A DNA stretch of 64,000 nt from Octopus bimaculoides (GCF_001194135.2 NC_069004.1:15350178-15414177); one strand, 5' to 3'; numbered from the stretch's first letter, positions 38,386 through 51,908 are shown. Notes: generated by a model from the letters alone, not told the origin. Program-made: numbers and translations.

Positions 38386-41300
38386 GCTGTAAAACTTCAA
38401 AGTTATGAGGCATAAACAATTTTTAATTTTTTACAATTTCACAAGTAAAAGCATTCTTTCACTAAGTAAAATTGTTCATGGGTCTTGATAGAAAAGCATG
38501 CAGAATGTTATTTGTATGCTTTGTTACTTTAAAGCAACACTGCATTCTAGCATAATTACATGCTGAAAGTGATTGAATGTACAAATTGAGAATTTCAGCT
38601 TTTTCTGAGCAATTTTATAAAGCCTTGCACTATCATCACCTTTCAAATGAACTGCAGCAGTTTCTATGGTAAAAAGAAAGTACTTCCTCTCATTGCACAA
38701 AAGCTACCACATATTCCACCAATGAATGTATCAGAGGAAAGTGAATTGTCATCTGACAGTAATTATAATAATGATGAGAATCCAATTGCCAGTGTTGTGA
38801 CTAGATCATTTCGAAAAAAATTGAGTTTTTACACTCCAATGACAATCTGGCTTGTCCTTAAGACTGTATAAGGTTAGACTGTTGACTCATTGAAAAAGAA
38901 GTCTGCAGAAATTAATCCATGTGAAAGGTGATGCATTAACAAGGAAATGCTTCTTTTCAAAGGTAAATCTGAAATCAAGCAATATAACCTCTAGAAACTA
39001 AAAAAAGTTGTATGTATAGTCAGGAATAGATGGACTTGAAGTCTACACTGGTGCAGTTGGAACCTGCCCAAATCAGCCAGACTTAAAAGCTTTAGGAAAT
39101 ATTGTGATGATTTTGCTGCAAAATATACCAAGAAACAATTGGCACAAGCTGTATTTCGACAACTGGTGTAAGGTGCTGATCCTGTAAAGACCCTACATGA
39201 ACAGGGTATAGCCTGTGTTGGTACAGTACATGCCAACCATTTCTCTTGTTGTAAGCTGTCATCAGATGCAGCATTAAAGAAAAAAGGTAGTGGCCAACCA
39301 AATTTAATGGTGTAGAGTTACATACAGTAAATTGGTTTGATAACAGTGGCATTATTGTTACTAAGATATGACGCAGTCAATCTAACCCTTGAAATCTCCA
39401 GATTTGACAGAAAAGAAAAGTGTTGTATAACCATCTCATGCCATTCAATTGTTAACATATACAACAAATTTATGGGCAAGATAGATTTACTGAATGAGAT
39501 ATTGAGCTTTAACAGGAAAAAAAAATGACTTATTTTCCACTTTCTCAATGAGATTGTGCTACAATCATGACATATTTGCTGTAATGAACCTGAGAATGCA
39601 TCAAATATAAAACTTAGATTTCAAGATGAGAATTTCTGAGTCACTTGTGAGATCAGGTAAATCCAAGTCAGCCAAAAGAGGACACCCGTCACTAAGCAAA
39701 GTGGAAAGACATACTGGCCAAAAGTCCAGAGGATCAATAGCGCCAATGCCAAATAGGTCAATCCACATGGATGGTATAGATCACTGGCCCCAGTATATGG
39801 AAAGCAGTAAAAAGGGTAGATGTAAGAACCCAAGTTGTGAGTATTGCAAGGGTTATCTGTCACAATACAAAATCAAATTGTTTCAAGCACTTTCAAGCTG
39901 AATAAAAACATTTCCAAATGACTGCAGCTTTTGTTTTCCCATATATCAAGTAGACACTTTTTATTGTCCTTGTGTTTTTAGATAGCCTTGATGTGATAAT
40001 AAATTACGTTTCAAGTATTTAGCTATGTTTTTATTTGCCTTCTTTGCATAATGTTGCTTTAAATTAACAAAGCCCAAAATATTCACACTTGCGTAAAAAT
40101 TTGCAAAGATTCATTTCCCAGTTATGGATTTTGATGGGTTTTTTCAGTAAAAATCATTTTTTGTATATGGCCTTAATAATTCATGCAATGTAGGGTTAAT
40201 GTCTGAAATTCCAAGCTGATAGAAAGCTGAAATATTAGCATTATTGAACTGATGTTACCTATAAACTGCATGCCAGCTTTATTGGAAAGAACATCAGATC
40301 CAATGCCAAAAACAATAATCAGAAGATTAATTTACATAATTCAATTTGAATAAAAAGAAGAACAGGACAAATGGAAATTCCTATTTAGTAGGACCAATCA
40401 AAGCATCTTTCATGTGAAGTGAAATGTTACATAAATTTTGAAGGATTGGGTCCTGATAATTGATTTACTTCAGTCTTTATGGAAAGATCACAATTTGAAT
40501 AAAAAAATATCCAATGATTGGACAAATCTATAAACAGCATATTACCACACCACTAACTACTGTATTACCTTATCTGTGTTACCCAACAATCTTATAGCTA
40601 ATCTTACTTGTTCCTTTATGTTCTATTGTCATGATACAGTACCACCAAGCAGGTACTTGCCATTCACAAGATAATCAGAGCAATACAGGTACCTTATCTA
40701 TTCACAACTGGCTGATATTACCTTTATTGCCCAGCAAAACAGTTTATGCAAATCAACTTTAAAAGCTGTACAAAGTTCAACCTTCCTTGAACATTTTATA
40801 AGGATCATTTTTATATAAAGCCAAGATGTTAGATTTAGAAATGTAACCTAAAGGTCAAGGTTTCAAACATGGCTACTGGTATGCACATTACTATAAATCC
40901 TTATGCAAAATACACATCTACCCTTATTTCAGTCTATAATTAATTAACTAAATATGATACACAAACACAGCTGTAATGATTAATACTGAATCCACTTAAC
41001 CCAACAAGTTATGTAAATTAATTTTACAAAAGACTAAGAAAGTTAGCAAGAGAAAAATGCACTTATTAAAATTCCATCTTTTAATGACTGTACACAAACT
41101 ATATGTCACAGGGGTTAAAAGCCAAAATATTTCTTGTAATTTTTAAAGACAGTGAGCAAGGCATCATTCAAAATAACACCTCAGCTAAGTAAATCAAATA
41201 ATAAAAATACATAGTAAATAGTATTGCATCCCTGTTAGAACTGTGTCTCATCATTGTTTTACATTCGATATTTCCTTGATGGTTTGGATTGAAAGGATTT

Positions 41301-42023
41301 TCTGAGGCAGTGTTTTACAGTGAGAAGACCTTACTTATTTTAGTTGTCCCTTACAACAGGAAGGGATGTGTACCTGTTCTAAAACTGGAATACATATATG
41401 GAACCAAATAAAGTTCATACATTGTTTTACAATGAAAAAACATTAATAATCCAAAGCAAATTCATATAAAACTATCTAAAGAAAAACCTACAAAAAAATT
41501 ACAAAATTCATATAACCTGAGTCATAATTCAAAACTCTATACAAAGACATACCATTCATTAGTTTACATATAAATGGTAAGTTCCAATCATTCTATCATC
41601 TTCTGGAGATAATTTGGATACCAATAATTGAGAGGAAATGGATAGTGCAGATTTGAAAAAAGAAAAGTGAAACAAATGAAGAGAAATAGAGTCAGTTACC
41701 AAAATTAAATTACAGACTCAATTTAAAAGTAGCCAAACCCTGAGATAATGGTTTGTAGTACGCTAAATATATCACAATGAGAATCTAGGTATACTACATA
41801 TTTTTTAAACTATAATTTAAGGCTTTATAAAATCTATTAACACTGGAAGGCGTGCAGCTTAGTGATTGGAGTATTTGGCCCACAATCAAAGATTAAGAAT
41901 TTTTTTTTTTAAATCAGTTCTTAAGTTTTACAAATTAAGCTGACCAGTAAAATATTTCATTGGTTACTTTTAATCTTAACAAAATCAACCATCACTCCAA
42001 AAATTACACTAATTCTTAACATT

Positions 42024-42071
<48 letters not shown>

Positions 42072-42419
42072 AGAATTCACAAAAAAAAACAATGGACGAA
42101 GGCAGGTGGTGTAGAAAACAAACAGATGTATTAGTATAACGCTCNNNNNNNNNNNNNNNNNNNNNNNNNNNNNNNNNNNNNNNNNNNNNNNNNNNNNNNN
42201 NNNNNNNNNNNNNNNNNNNNNNNNNNNNNNNNNNNNNNNNNNNNNNNNNNNNNNNNNNNNNNNNNNNNNNNNNNNNNNNNNNNNNNNNNNNNNNNNNNNN
42301 NNNNNNNNNNNNNNNNNNNNNNNNNNNNNNNNNNNNNNNNNNNNNNNTATATATATATATATATATATATTTCCTCACTTAAATTCTATTCAATTATTTG
42401 GGTGATAAGAGACAGTGTC

Positions 42420-42800
42420 AATGACATTCCAAACAGATAAGAGTTCAACACCCGTAAAACCGTCATTTGCAGGAAAATTTGCAAGTGAGCTCATTTGGAA
42501 CTGGTATAAAACTAGCAAATCTAGAGGAACAGAAGCCCTCAGTGTCAGTACACGAAGTGAAAAGAGACAATCTGTGGACTTGTTAAGTACATGTGTGTTG
42601 GTATTTATCGATTAGATAGATGGTTGGCCTTTTTGAGAATGTGCAACCACAGCGTTGTCCCAGATGTGGGAGCAATATTTCATCTTGAGTTGTTGAGTTT
42701 CATAAAAGGTCAGTAACCGTTCAGAGCTGATGAATTTTCTGGTCTGTAGTTCGAGATGTAGTTTTAGTCATGCTTTGTAGGGTCACCAGGTATTATAAGT
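42420..42800 (-). mobile_element. Decayed CR1/L2/Jockey-group LINE 3' fragment
   Basis: The minus strand gives MKYCSHIWDNA, a match to the LINE 'MEYCSHIW' motif. Otherwise heavily mutated. Confidence 0.4.
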
Positions 42801-45624
42801 CATATGGTCTTGCAGTCGTAGGAACTTGGAAGGTTTTGTGTTCTAATCTAAGGGTGGATGACATAGCCTCTGATTTCAATGGACTACGATGTCCTTATGT
42901 TCATGCACACACACACACACACACATTCTTGACATTTACAAGTTCCAATTTAATTTCCTACATTCAACCTTTCATTCAAATACTTCATTATTTAGATGGA
43001 GGCTTCAAAGAGCAATCATTCTAGATTTACAAACTGACCTGTTTATATAGACAACTTCTTAAAACATAAGATTCTACATTTTTCTAGAATAGACAAATCT
43101 TGAATAATTACAACCAAAGCAGTCAATCCAAAAACTTGTATATTCCAGCTCACAACATTTTCCTACATTTACAAATCATGGTTTGTAACCATAAAGAAAC
43201 TTCTAAGGATATTTCACTATGGTTACAAGTATAGTCACTTATATAATCAGCAAGGCATTTTGCTATAGTTTCTTTTTTACTACCATTTGGTGCCAAATGG
43301 ATGGACTTCACTCTTAGAAAAAGAACAAAAACATTTCATATTGAAATATTGGAGGTTTTTTTAGTGCTATCAGTATGTAATTAACAGCTATATCATAATA
43401 ATAATATTGGAACCATTGCAACAATGTGCTAGATTAAACTAGCCTAACATCAGCACATCCAGAATCTGAAATATCTTAAATGGTGTACCAACATCCTCAT
43501 ACGTTTTGTTTAAACATCTCTATGAAACCTGCCACCTACCCCTCTACTCAACCTCACACTAATCACAGTTGCCTCTTCTTACTACTTGACACAGTTACAC
43601 ATGTAGAAATCTAGCTGCAAATAAACTGAAAGACTCAACAGAATACACTTGATAGATGAGTGATAGTGTTTTTTTAAGGATGGTACAAGTTATGGAACGA
43701 ACAGAGAATTGTAGTTTACTGCAGTAACACATCTTACTTAAAAACCTCCAAATGGAAAACTGGTTTGATATGTAAGAGGTTAACTATGGTAAACTCCAAT
43801 CCCTGCTACGACTCATACAGTCACTGTCCGACTCATTTACAGCACATTACCATCCCAAAAACTATCACACACATTTAGCATCAAGATTTAAAATTAAAAA
43901 AAGAATCAATAACTGTACTGTGATGAATACACCAAAAGCATGTACTGTGGAACAACAGCTATCACCTTCAGTCTCTACCTTGTGCATCTTCATTGTGCCC
44001 TTCACCAAAATCTGCTGACAGGGCAGTGAAGAAAACAACAAACATGTCCAGACTGCCATACTGAAGCAAATCGTAAGGCAATATATCAAGAGTCACAGTA
44101 TGGCAATCCGCATACAGAGCATTGAGTACGTGGAACTACTTCATGCCATATGTCATCTCAATCAAGGTTGAATTATGCACTGAATCAAAGAAGGACCTCT
44201 ACATGATTCCTGGCTGCTAGAACTAGAAACCAAACATAACCCTATCACTTTAAAAATGGAAAACATTGGCTAATGTAGTTGGAATATTACAGAAGGCTTC
44301 ACTATTATTATATTAGACTGACCTATACTATATATATAAAAAAAAAAGCTCCAACACAAAACATTTAAACCTCCATAAAAAAAACATAAGATAGTCCTAG
44401 ATACACTGGGAAGAAGATATGTGGCCAGAATAGAACTGACATGATTTTTGTCATAGATCTCTGTCACCTAAGTTGGCCTGTGGCTAAACAAACATTATAC
44501 TAGATTACATTACACTTAGATGTGTCAAGGTTGACATACTAAAAGTATTTCATGTGTCTCTATGCGTTAGAACCAAGAACTGCAAATAACCGTCACCAAA
44601 TTTCTTTCCCCCTCCTCCTGATCTTATTACCATAAGTACAATGTCACTGACAATGTAATCATCTCTTTACTGTGACTACACAACTAATAGAACCACTGCC
44701 ACCACCAGATAATTTTCCCTAACACTCCCTTCAATCCCATACGCCACACAACACCAACTACATAGTGGAACTGTGGCAGACACAAAGGTGACTAACCTGT
44801 AGAATTATACCATTTACTGTACAACAGTAGTAGTAGTAATTTATAATTGACTTTTCTACAACAAATCTACAGTGATACCTATCCTTGAATATCCATTGAA
44901 ATGGCATTGATTCAATTATCAGAAAGACATGAAACAGCAAAACATCCCATTTAAACAACCACCCTATTGAAGTTTCATCATACCAATATTTTCAAAACAC
45001 GTATTCTAAATTTACAAGATAAAACAAGAAAAGGAAAAGCAAATAGGTTTTTTTTTTTTTTTCAAATTTCTTACAGAAAAATGGAAAAAGGAACAATAGT
45101 GAGATGTCTATTTCTCAAATTGATCCTCATAAATATAATATTAACTTTTACAGTGAAAATCTTAGCAATCCATTTATCCAAATTTGAGCATTTTATCAGC
45201 CAAAAGATTTAAAAGTAAAAAGCATCAGGTGATGGTGGAACTATTATATATGAAACTAGCAAAAAATGGTAGTGGACATTTAAAATAAACCACAAAACTT
45301 TGGTGATCAATGCCAGACAGAGTACACACACACACACATTATAGAAAAATTAAACCAAGACTAAAATAAAAAATAGTTTGGATTGGAGTTGGTAGTTAAA
45401 AACCAAGTATCATTGGTAATGTGTGTGTACGTAGAGTGGATACTGAGCAAATTTTTATGTGGGAGAGGACAGTAGCGACAGAGATAAATAGAGCTATTTA
45501 GTGAGGAGAGAAATAACAAAAAAAGAGGCTTGAAGTGAGGGCGATGAAAGAGACAGAAGAGCACCAGCAATATGGACAGAAGAAAGCAAGTGAACACAGA
45601 CACGGGAAAATAAACAGTCTGACC

Positions 45625-46085
45625 AGCTGTAATGAGACCGACGGAATTAGACCAGCCGAGATGAGAGACAGGTGGATAAGACCGACGAAGTTAGATCAGC
45701 TAAGATAAGACCCATGGAATCAGACCAGCTAAAATAAATGATGAGATAGATGGAGTCCGACTAGCCGAGATGAGACAAGTGGAGTCAAAACAGACGGAAT
45801 TAGACCAGCTAAAATAACGAGATAGAGTCAGACCATGAGACAACAGTTAGGTAGGAGTCAGACCAGCTGAGATGAGGCAAGTGGAGTCAGACCAGCTGAG
45901 ATGAGGCAAGTGGAGTCAGACCAGCTGAGATGAGGCAAGTGGAGTCAAACCAGCTAAGAAGATTATTAATAAGACCGACGAAGTCAGACCAACTGAGATT
46001 ACGATGTGAGAGATTTGGAGTCAGACCAGCCAAGATAATGCCGAGAGAGTTGGAGTCAGACCAACAAAGATAACAATGAGACAGA
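45625..46085. repeat. Degenerate minisatellite, core GAGTCAGACCAGCTGAGAT; three exact 29-bp units near 45855-45945
   Basis: Unit GAGTCAGACCAGCTGAGATGAGGCAAGTG repeated exactly, flanked by diverged units with variable linkers. Confidence 0.9.
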
Positions 46086-47621
46086 AAAATGTAGGTTTAT
46101 TATAAAACAAGGGGGCAGGGTTAACATCTGTTTTTTATGCATATGAAATTTTCAATATATATTCACCACAAAAAAAAAAATCTACATAACAGGAGGTGGC
46201 GAAGACTATTTAGAAAACGCACACATTATAGCTTATAACATTCGAAAATATCTTATTTTTCTCATAATAAAAGGAATATTAAGCGTAGTATTAAAGTATC
46301 GACAAGGGCAGGACGCGTAGCATTTATCATAGAAAGACACGATTTATCGCTCAATATAAAGAAAATGGAATAAATATGTTCAAATTTCATAGGAAAACAT
46401 GAGATTTAATGTCGAGGTTCATCACAACATAATGGAGAGTTAATTTCTTTGTGTGCTATCATAATGGGTGTATATTTTAATCAAATAGCATGTAAACAAT
46501 TAGATTATTAACTGACATAAAGAAATCTTAAGTTGTAGTCAATATAATCAGGGATCTGCGTTCATTAAATACATCTAAGATTAGTTATATAAAGTCGTAC
46601 AAATATATATATATAATTACATATTTCACTATTATGCGCGTGCGTGTGTACATTTATATGCACATACGCACACACAAATATGCACACATTTTATATACGT
46701 AGCCTATATATTGACCAAACACACAAACACGAGCAAATTAACACGAAATTAAAAATACAATGTGAAGATTACACGCACACACAAGGAATAGGAGAATAAG
46801 TAGGGTAGAAAACGAACAGATCTTAAACAGCAGGAGACTGCGTCATCGTTTTAACAAGGCTGGTTTGGATACGATCAGGGATCGAAACTGCGACATCACA
46901 CACAAATAACAACCTTACACAATACAAACCAACTATGTAGCTTCTATGCAGTCGTCCAACCTGATTTTTTTTCTTTTTAAACCCAACTAAATTAAGGACA
47001 TATTTGAGAATACAGTTTTTCGATGACTAGTAAAAAAAAAAACGGAATGGTCATATCTGGAATACCTATATCTACTTAGACAAGGCTAACCTAGGGCTAA
47101 GCAACAACGTTACACAATAGTTCAACTATCAAAATAATTGATACCCGAGGAGTTTAGCGTTCGCTTTATTGTTCTTTAGTTTATATTGATTACTACGACT
47201 GAGGGGTACACTGGCGCACAGCCTTAAATATATTACAAATACCTCTTTTTGGGTTAAAATAATTTCAATTTTTTTTTTTTTAAGTTGGGGGTAAGGTATC
47301 AACAATAACGCTAATTTCACAATAATTTACTCAGGTGAAAAAAAAATAAAGGGGGACGTATCGTATACGTTATTGTCGCATCGACCCAAATTAGCCCCCC
47401 CCCCTGACAAAGCACACTTGTGATCAAAGGTTTTCCAGTTGTAGTCATCCATTCCCACCCCAATATATATCTATGACTACATTAACTAATGCATACTTCC
47501 TTTTTAAGACGTTAAAATGATTTGAGGGAGATTTGGCTGCTATTCAAAGCAGGTCAAACAGCGACATAGAGGCTGCCCCATTAGCGCATTACAGCCGTGT
47601 GTTTCTGTATGAATATAGAAC

Positions 47622-47654
<33 letters not shown>

Positions 47655-48060
47655 GGGGAGAAATAGATAGGAGCCGCAAATCCTTTTAAAATATTAAACT
47701 TCAAAAAGCTGTTTTCCTAATCGTTATTATTGTCGCTGTTGGTCAGTCGCCCTGTCACGACACGATTTAGAACTTGTTTTTAGAGTTTGATAAAGAATTT
47801 TTATTGAACTGATTGTTATTTGTGTTTGTTGCTGGAAAGANNNNNNNNNNNNNNNNNNNNNNNNNNNNNNNNNNNNNNNNNNNNNNNNNNNNNNNNNNNN
47901 NNNNNNNNNNNNNNNNNNNNNNNNNNNNNNNNNNNNNNNNNNNNNNNNNNNNNNNNNNNNNNNNNNNNNNNNNNNNNNNNNNNNNNNNNNNNNNNNNNNN
48001 NNNNNNNNNNNNNNNNNNNNNNNNNNNNNNNNNNNNNNNNNNNNNNNNNNNNNNNNNNNN

Positions 48061-48095
<35 letters not shown>

Positions 48096-48655
48096 GTGTG
48101 TATGTTCTGGAATAAAGCCGATGATTCACTCTGGTGTTACTAAGAGTTTCACTTCAGATGTGAAACTCTGAGTAGCGTCAGAGTGATTTCTGCCATGTAT
48201 TGAGTACTTTTTTGTTTCATTTGTATTTCTAAACCAAATCGTGTATGGACAGATGTGTGTGTGTATGTATGTGTATAGTAATGAACGACTACATACATCA
48301 AAGATAATTCAATACAATTGTGGAGTAACAATTTTATTGTAGGGTATGAATTGTATTTAAATGACTCGCCAATACCCACTAAATATGTGGGTGTGCGTGT
48401 ATGAGCGATAAACAGGCAAAATTCATTAGAAAAAAAAACACACACACACATGCTTAATTTCATGATAAAGAAATTCTTGTGACCATAAAGGTTGTTATTG
48501 TACAATCTAACAGTTATAACATTGTTATGTTCTTCCGTTTCCAAACTAAATCCTCATTCACGTTAACAATAAAATCAAAATTCATTCGAAACAGAACCAA
48601 CCAAAATGGAGAACAGAAAAGCTATTTAGTTTATTTTGCTTATATATGTGTGAAT

Positions 48656-49305
48656 TGTTAGTTTATTATTCGTCTTAATATTAAAGTTTAGCTTTCTTTA
48701 TGGCTTAAGAAAGGGGCAAAAAAAGACTTTATATTATTAATTATTGATATTATTATACTGTAATATATATATATATACGTATATATGTATGTATAGACAC
48801 ATATATACATATGATTATATTGTTAGTTTATTACTCGTCTTAATATTAAAGTTCAGCTTTCTTTATAGCTTAAGAAAGGGGCAAAAAAAAGACTTTATAT
48901 TATTAATTAGTGATATTATTATACTGTAATATATATATACGTATATATGTATGTATAGATACAAATATATACATATGATTATATTGTGAGTTTATTACTC
49001 GTCTTAATATTAAAGTTCAGCTTTCTTTATAGCTTCAGAAAGGGGGGAAAAAGACTTTATACTATTAATTATTGATATTATTACACTGTAATATATATAC
49101 GTATATATGTATGTATGTATAGATACAAATATATACATATGATTATATTGTTAGTTTATTATTCGTTTTAATATTAAAGTTCAGCTTTCTTTATGGCTTA
49201 AGAAAGGGGGAAAAAAAGACTTTATACAATTAATTATTGATATTATTATACTGTAATATATATATGTATGTATAGATACAAATATATACATATAATTATA
49301 TACGT
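48656..49305. repeat. Four-copy ~164-bp tandem repeat
   Basis: Units start at 48656, 48821, 48985 and 49149 (TGTTAGTTTATTA.TCGTCTTAATATTAAAGTT.AGCTTTCTTTAT). Confidence 0.95.
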
Positions 49306-49817
49306 ATGTCTCACATTTTGTAGACATACAACGGATATAATTATGGAGCAAACGTTTTTTTATGAAATTTGAGGATTTTTTTCTAAAAAAATGTAGATGT
49401 AAAGACGATTAATAATTATCCTAAATAATCAGTTCACAGTATTTCTTTGAGAAGATGAAGTGTAAAAATAAAAGAGTCGACATATAAATAAATGAATAGA
49501 GAGAGAGACACTGGAAATAGAAATGAAGAAAACGTTACCATATAAACAGTGTGGTCGAAAACTCCTGATAGACCAGTCCTAGATTTGTAAGACTCATTTC
49601 TTTCCTCCTCCGCCTTTCCTGTAAGCCATATATCATTTACAAGGTTGCCTCAGAGTTCTACAACAACACTAGCAACTGTTTCAAAAGACAAAATTAAAAT
49701 GACGGGGGAGAGAAAGAAAGTAAATACTGACTGGGGCTTTTTTTAGAAAGAAAGGTTCCAAGTTGTTGGTCAAGTTTTTTTTTTTTTATTCCAAACACAG
49801 ATGATCACAGTGAGAAA

Positions 49818-49844
49818 TGCGCATGCGCCACCTCATTACCAAAC
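49818..49844. promoter_or_regulatory. NRF1-like palindrome (TGCGCATGCGCC) with nearby ETS-like ACTTCC
   Basis: GCGCATGCGC at 49819-49828, followed by aaacttccttccgc. Sequence match only. Confidence 0.5.
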
Positions 49845-49859
49845 TTCCTTCCGCTAGCC

Positions 49860-50210
49860 ACCCTTTTTCTGTCACTCTAACACTCTCTCTCTCATTTATC
49901 TTCCTCTCGTCCACTTCTGCTAACTATCTGTCTCTTCTCTTTCCCCTTCTCTCTTGTATCTATCTTCCTTTCTTGCTCTCTCTCTCTTTCACCTTCTCTC
50001 TTGTATCTATCTTCCTCTCTCTCTTTCACCTTCTCTCTTGTATCTATCTTCCTCTCTCTCTTTCACCTCACTCACTCCCAATCTTTCTCTCACTATTCTT
50101 CTAACTCACTCCGCTTTCATCTGTCACCCTTTCTCTTTCTTCCGTTTCACCTGTCACTCTTTCTCTCTTCCCTTTCACCTCACTCAATCACCCTTTCTCC
50201 TCCTCCTTTA
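49860..50210. repeat. Polypyrimidine/polypurine tract with 37-bp tandem units
   Basis: About 3 copies of CTTCTCTCTTGTATCTATCTTCCTCTCTCTCTTTCAC at 49944-50070 within a ~350-bp C/T-rich stretch. Confidence 0.9.
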
Positions 50211-51178
50211 AACCTTATATATAAAACAATTTAAGTAACAATTTCACATTTATTTCATTCATATCTTTCCTAGAAAACTTTATTACTTCCAATTAAGAAA
50301 AAAAAAATCTTTAATATAAACACAAAAATCTATCTTTCCAAAGGAATTAACAACGAAAAAAATTCGACAGATTTTATAGCAATATTTTGTAATTAGTAAT
50401 CGTGTTGATACTTCTCTGTTCTGAAACACGACATTTTATGATTGTAATCGAATCCACAACAGAAAAAGATTACATCGTATTTTTTTGTCTTTCAAAATAC
50501 TTTCATGGCTTCTCACTGAGTCGGCCTTTCTACCGAACCGATGTGGCAAATTCTATACTAAAAGTACTACCCCGTCTCTAATTTGTCTCCTAATCAAAGC
50601 TCATTTAACGTATTTACACGTTTTGTAGCCTTCCGTCCAGAGTTAAGGCAAGAAAAATCACTCCAACGAAACAGTTAGATGACGATGATGATAATTAAAA
50701 ATAATAATAATAATAATATTAATAAATGAAGCTGTGACCTCCACTAACATCTTTATTTTCATGCCTTACTCTCGCTATTTGTTCACAGAAGGTTGTGAAG
50801 GCGAGAGATAGGTGATAAAACACTCCAATCTAAAATATATCGCACATATATCTTCCTTTTTCAGTCACTTTTGACAAACGATCTCCACTTTACCTCTCTT
50901 TAATATCGTCGTGGCCACGAATGTAATTACCATTAATAGATACATTGATTTTTAAACAGCCTACATCAACTGACCTTGTGTTGCATCAAAACAATTATCT
51001 TCTATATATATATGATTGGAATATCATCTGTTCATTTCAGATTTTATATATATATATATATATATATATNNNNNNNNNNTAGAAAATAAATTCGATGCAG
51101 ACAACTAAAAATATTATCTTCTGCATTGATGTCTTAATTTTTTCGAAAATCACAAAATAATCAAAAAAGCTGCTTCTT

Positions 51179-51187
51179 CGCCATTTT
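51179..51187 (-). promoter_or_regulatory. YY1-like motif AAAATGGCG
   Basis: CGCCATTTT on the plus strand, oriented with TRIP12. This motif is typical just downstream of housekeeping TSSs. Sequence match only. Confidence 0.4.
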
Positions 51188-51908
51188 CCACAAAAACGAA
51201 TCCTCCAGTAAAATAAGTTTTCATAGCATTAAATTCGTATGGAAAGTTTCCAAAGCAATTTTGTGTACACAGAAATTGCAAAACTGGGACACTTATCTAT
51301 ATTGAGGTAAAAAGCACACACACACACACACACAAACATACGTGTCTATAAATATGTACACACACACACACACACACGTGTGTATGTCTGTCCATCTATC
51401 TATGTTATCTATTTATTCATGTTTACTACCCAACCAGATGGTTTCGGGTTCTGGCCCACGGCGGAGCATCTTGGGAAAGTGTCTTCTACTATAGCTCAGG
51501 GTTGACCAAAACGTTTAAATGGATTTGATTTGGTGGTCGGAAACTGAATGAAACCTGTTATATATGAAACACGCCGCTTGAGTATGTGTATTAATGTATG
51601 TATAATTAATGTGAGTGTGTATCTGCAAATACATACATACATGCATGCTTCTCTCGTTGCCAAGGCAAAAGGTGATAGTTGTAAACGAGCGTCATTCATT
51701 TCTAATATTCTGCAAAAAATATGTATGGTCATGACGAAATGTTACCTTGTTTGGAAACAGAGAGAATTGACCATAGGATGGGTATCCAGCCATACAAAAT
51801 ATCTTAATAAACTCCATCCAACCTAAGCAAGCATAGAAAAGTGGATGTCAAATGATATATATATAAATACAAATATACATACATATATATATATATACAT
51901 ATAAATGG

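Larger units (their letters stand above)
37700..40195 (+). mobile_element. piggyBac transposon relic, full length, with TIRs and TTAA target sites
   Basis: TTAA|CCCTATACTGCAT at 37696 and ATGCAATGTAGGG|TTAA at 40199. Frameshifted transposase motifs: INKEMLLFKGKSEIKQYN, LEVYTG, KLYFDNW, GIACVGTV, YNKFMGKIDLL and the C-terminal Cys-rich DGIDHWP...KGRCKNPSC. Confidence 0.85.
45400..51600 (-). promoter_or_regulatory. CpG-retaining region, probable TRIP12 promoter / non-coding first exon zone
   Basis: By eye there are many more CG dinucleotides than in the CpG-depleted gene body. Contains NRF1-, ETS- and YY1-like motifs and candidate minus-strand donors. Confidence 0.5.

Noticed and set aside
41847-41900. 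tRNA gene candidates at SINE heads (also 18340, 61870)
   Set aside because: Only A/B-box-like remnants with no cloverleaf, and they continue into SINE bodies.
42070-42144. Possible Penelope-type terminal fragment
   Set aside because: Only ~75 nt before a gap and no coding motif to support a class.
45625-46085. CRISPR-like repeat-spacer array
   Set aside because: Repeats are degenerate, linkers are short and related to each other, three units are fully identical, there are no cas genes, and the context is eukaryotic. It is a minisatellite.
49817-50234. Hydrophobic Leu/Ser/Phe ORFs resembling membrane proteins
   Set aside because: Artefacts of the polypyrimidine tract, with no splice structure or codon signal.
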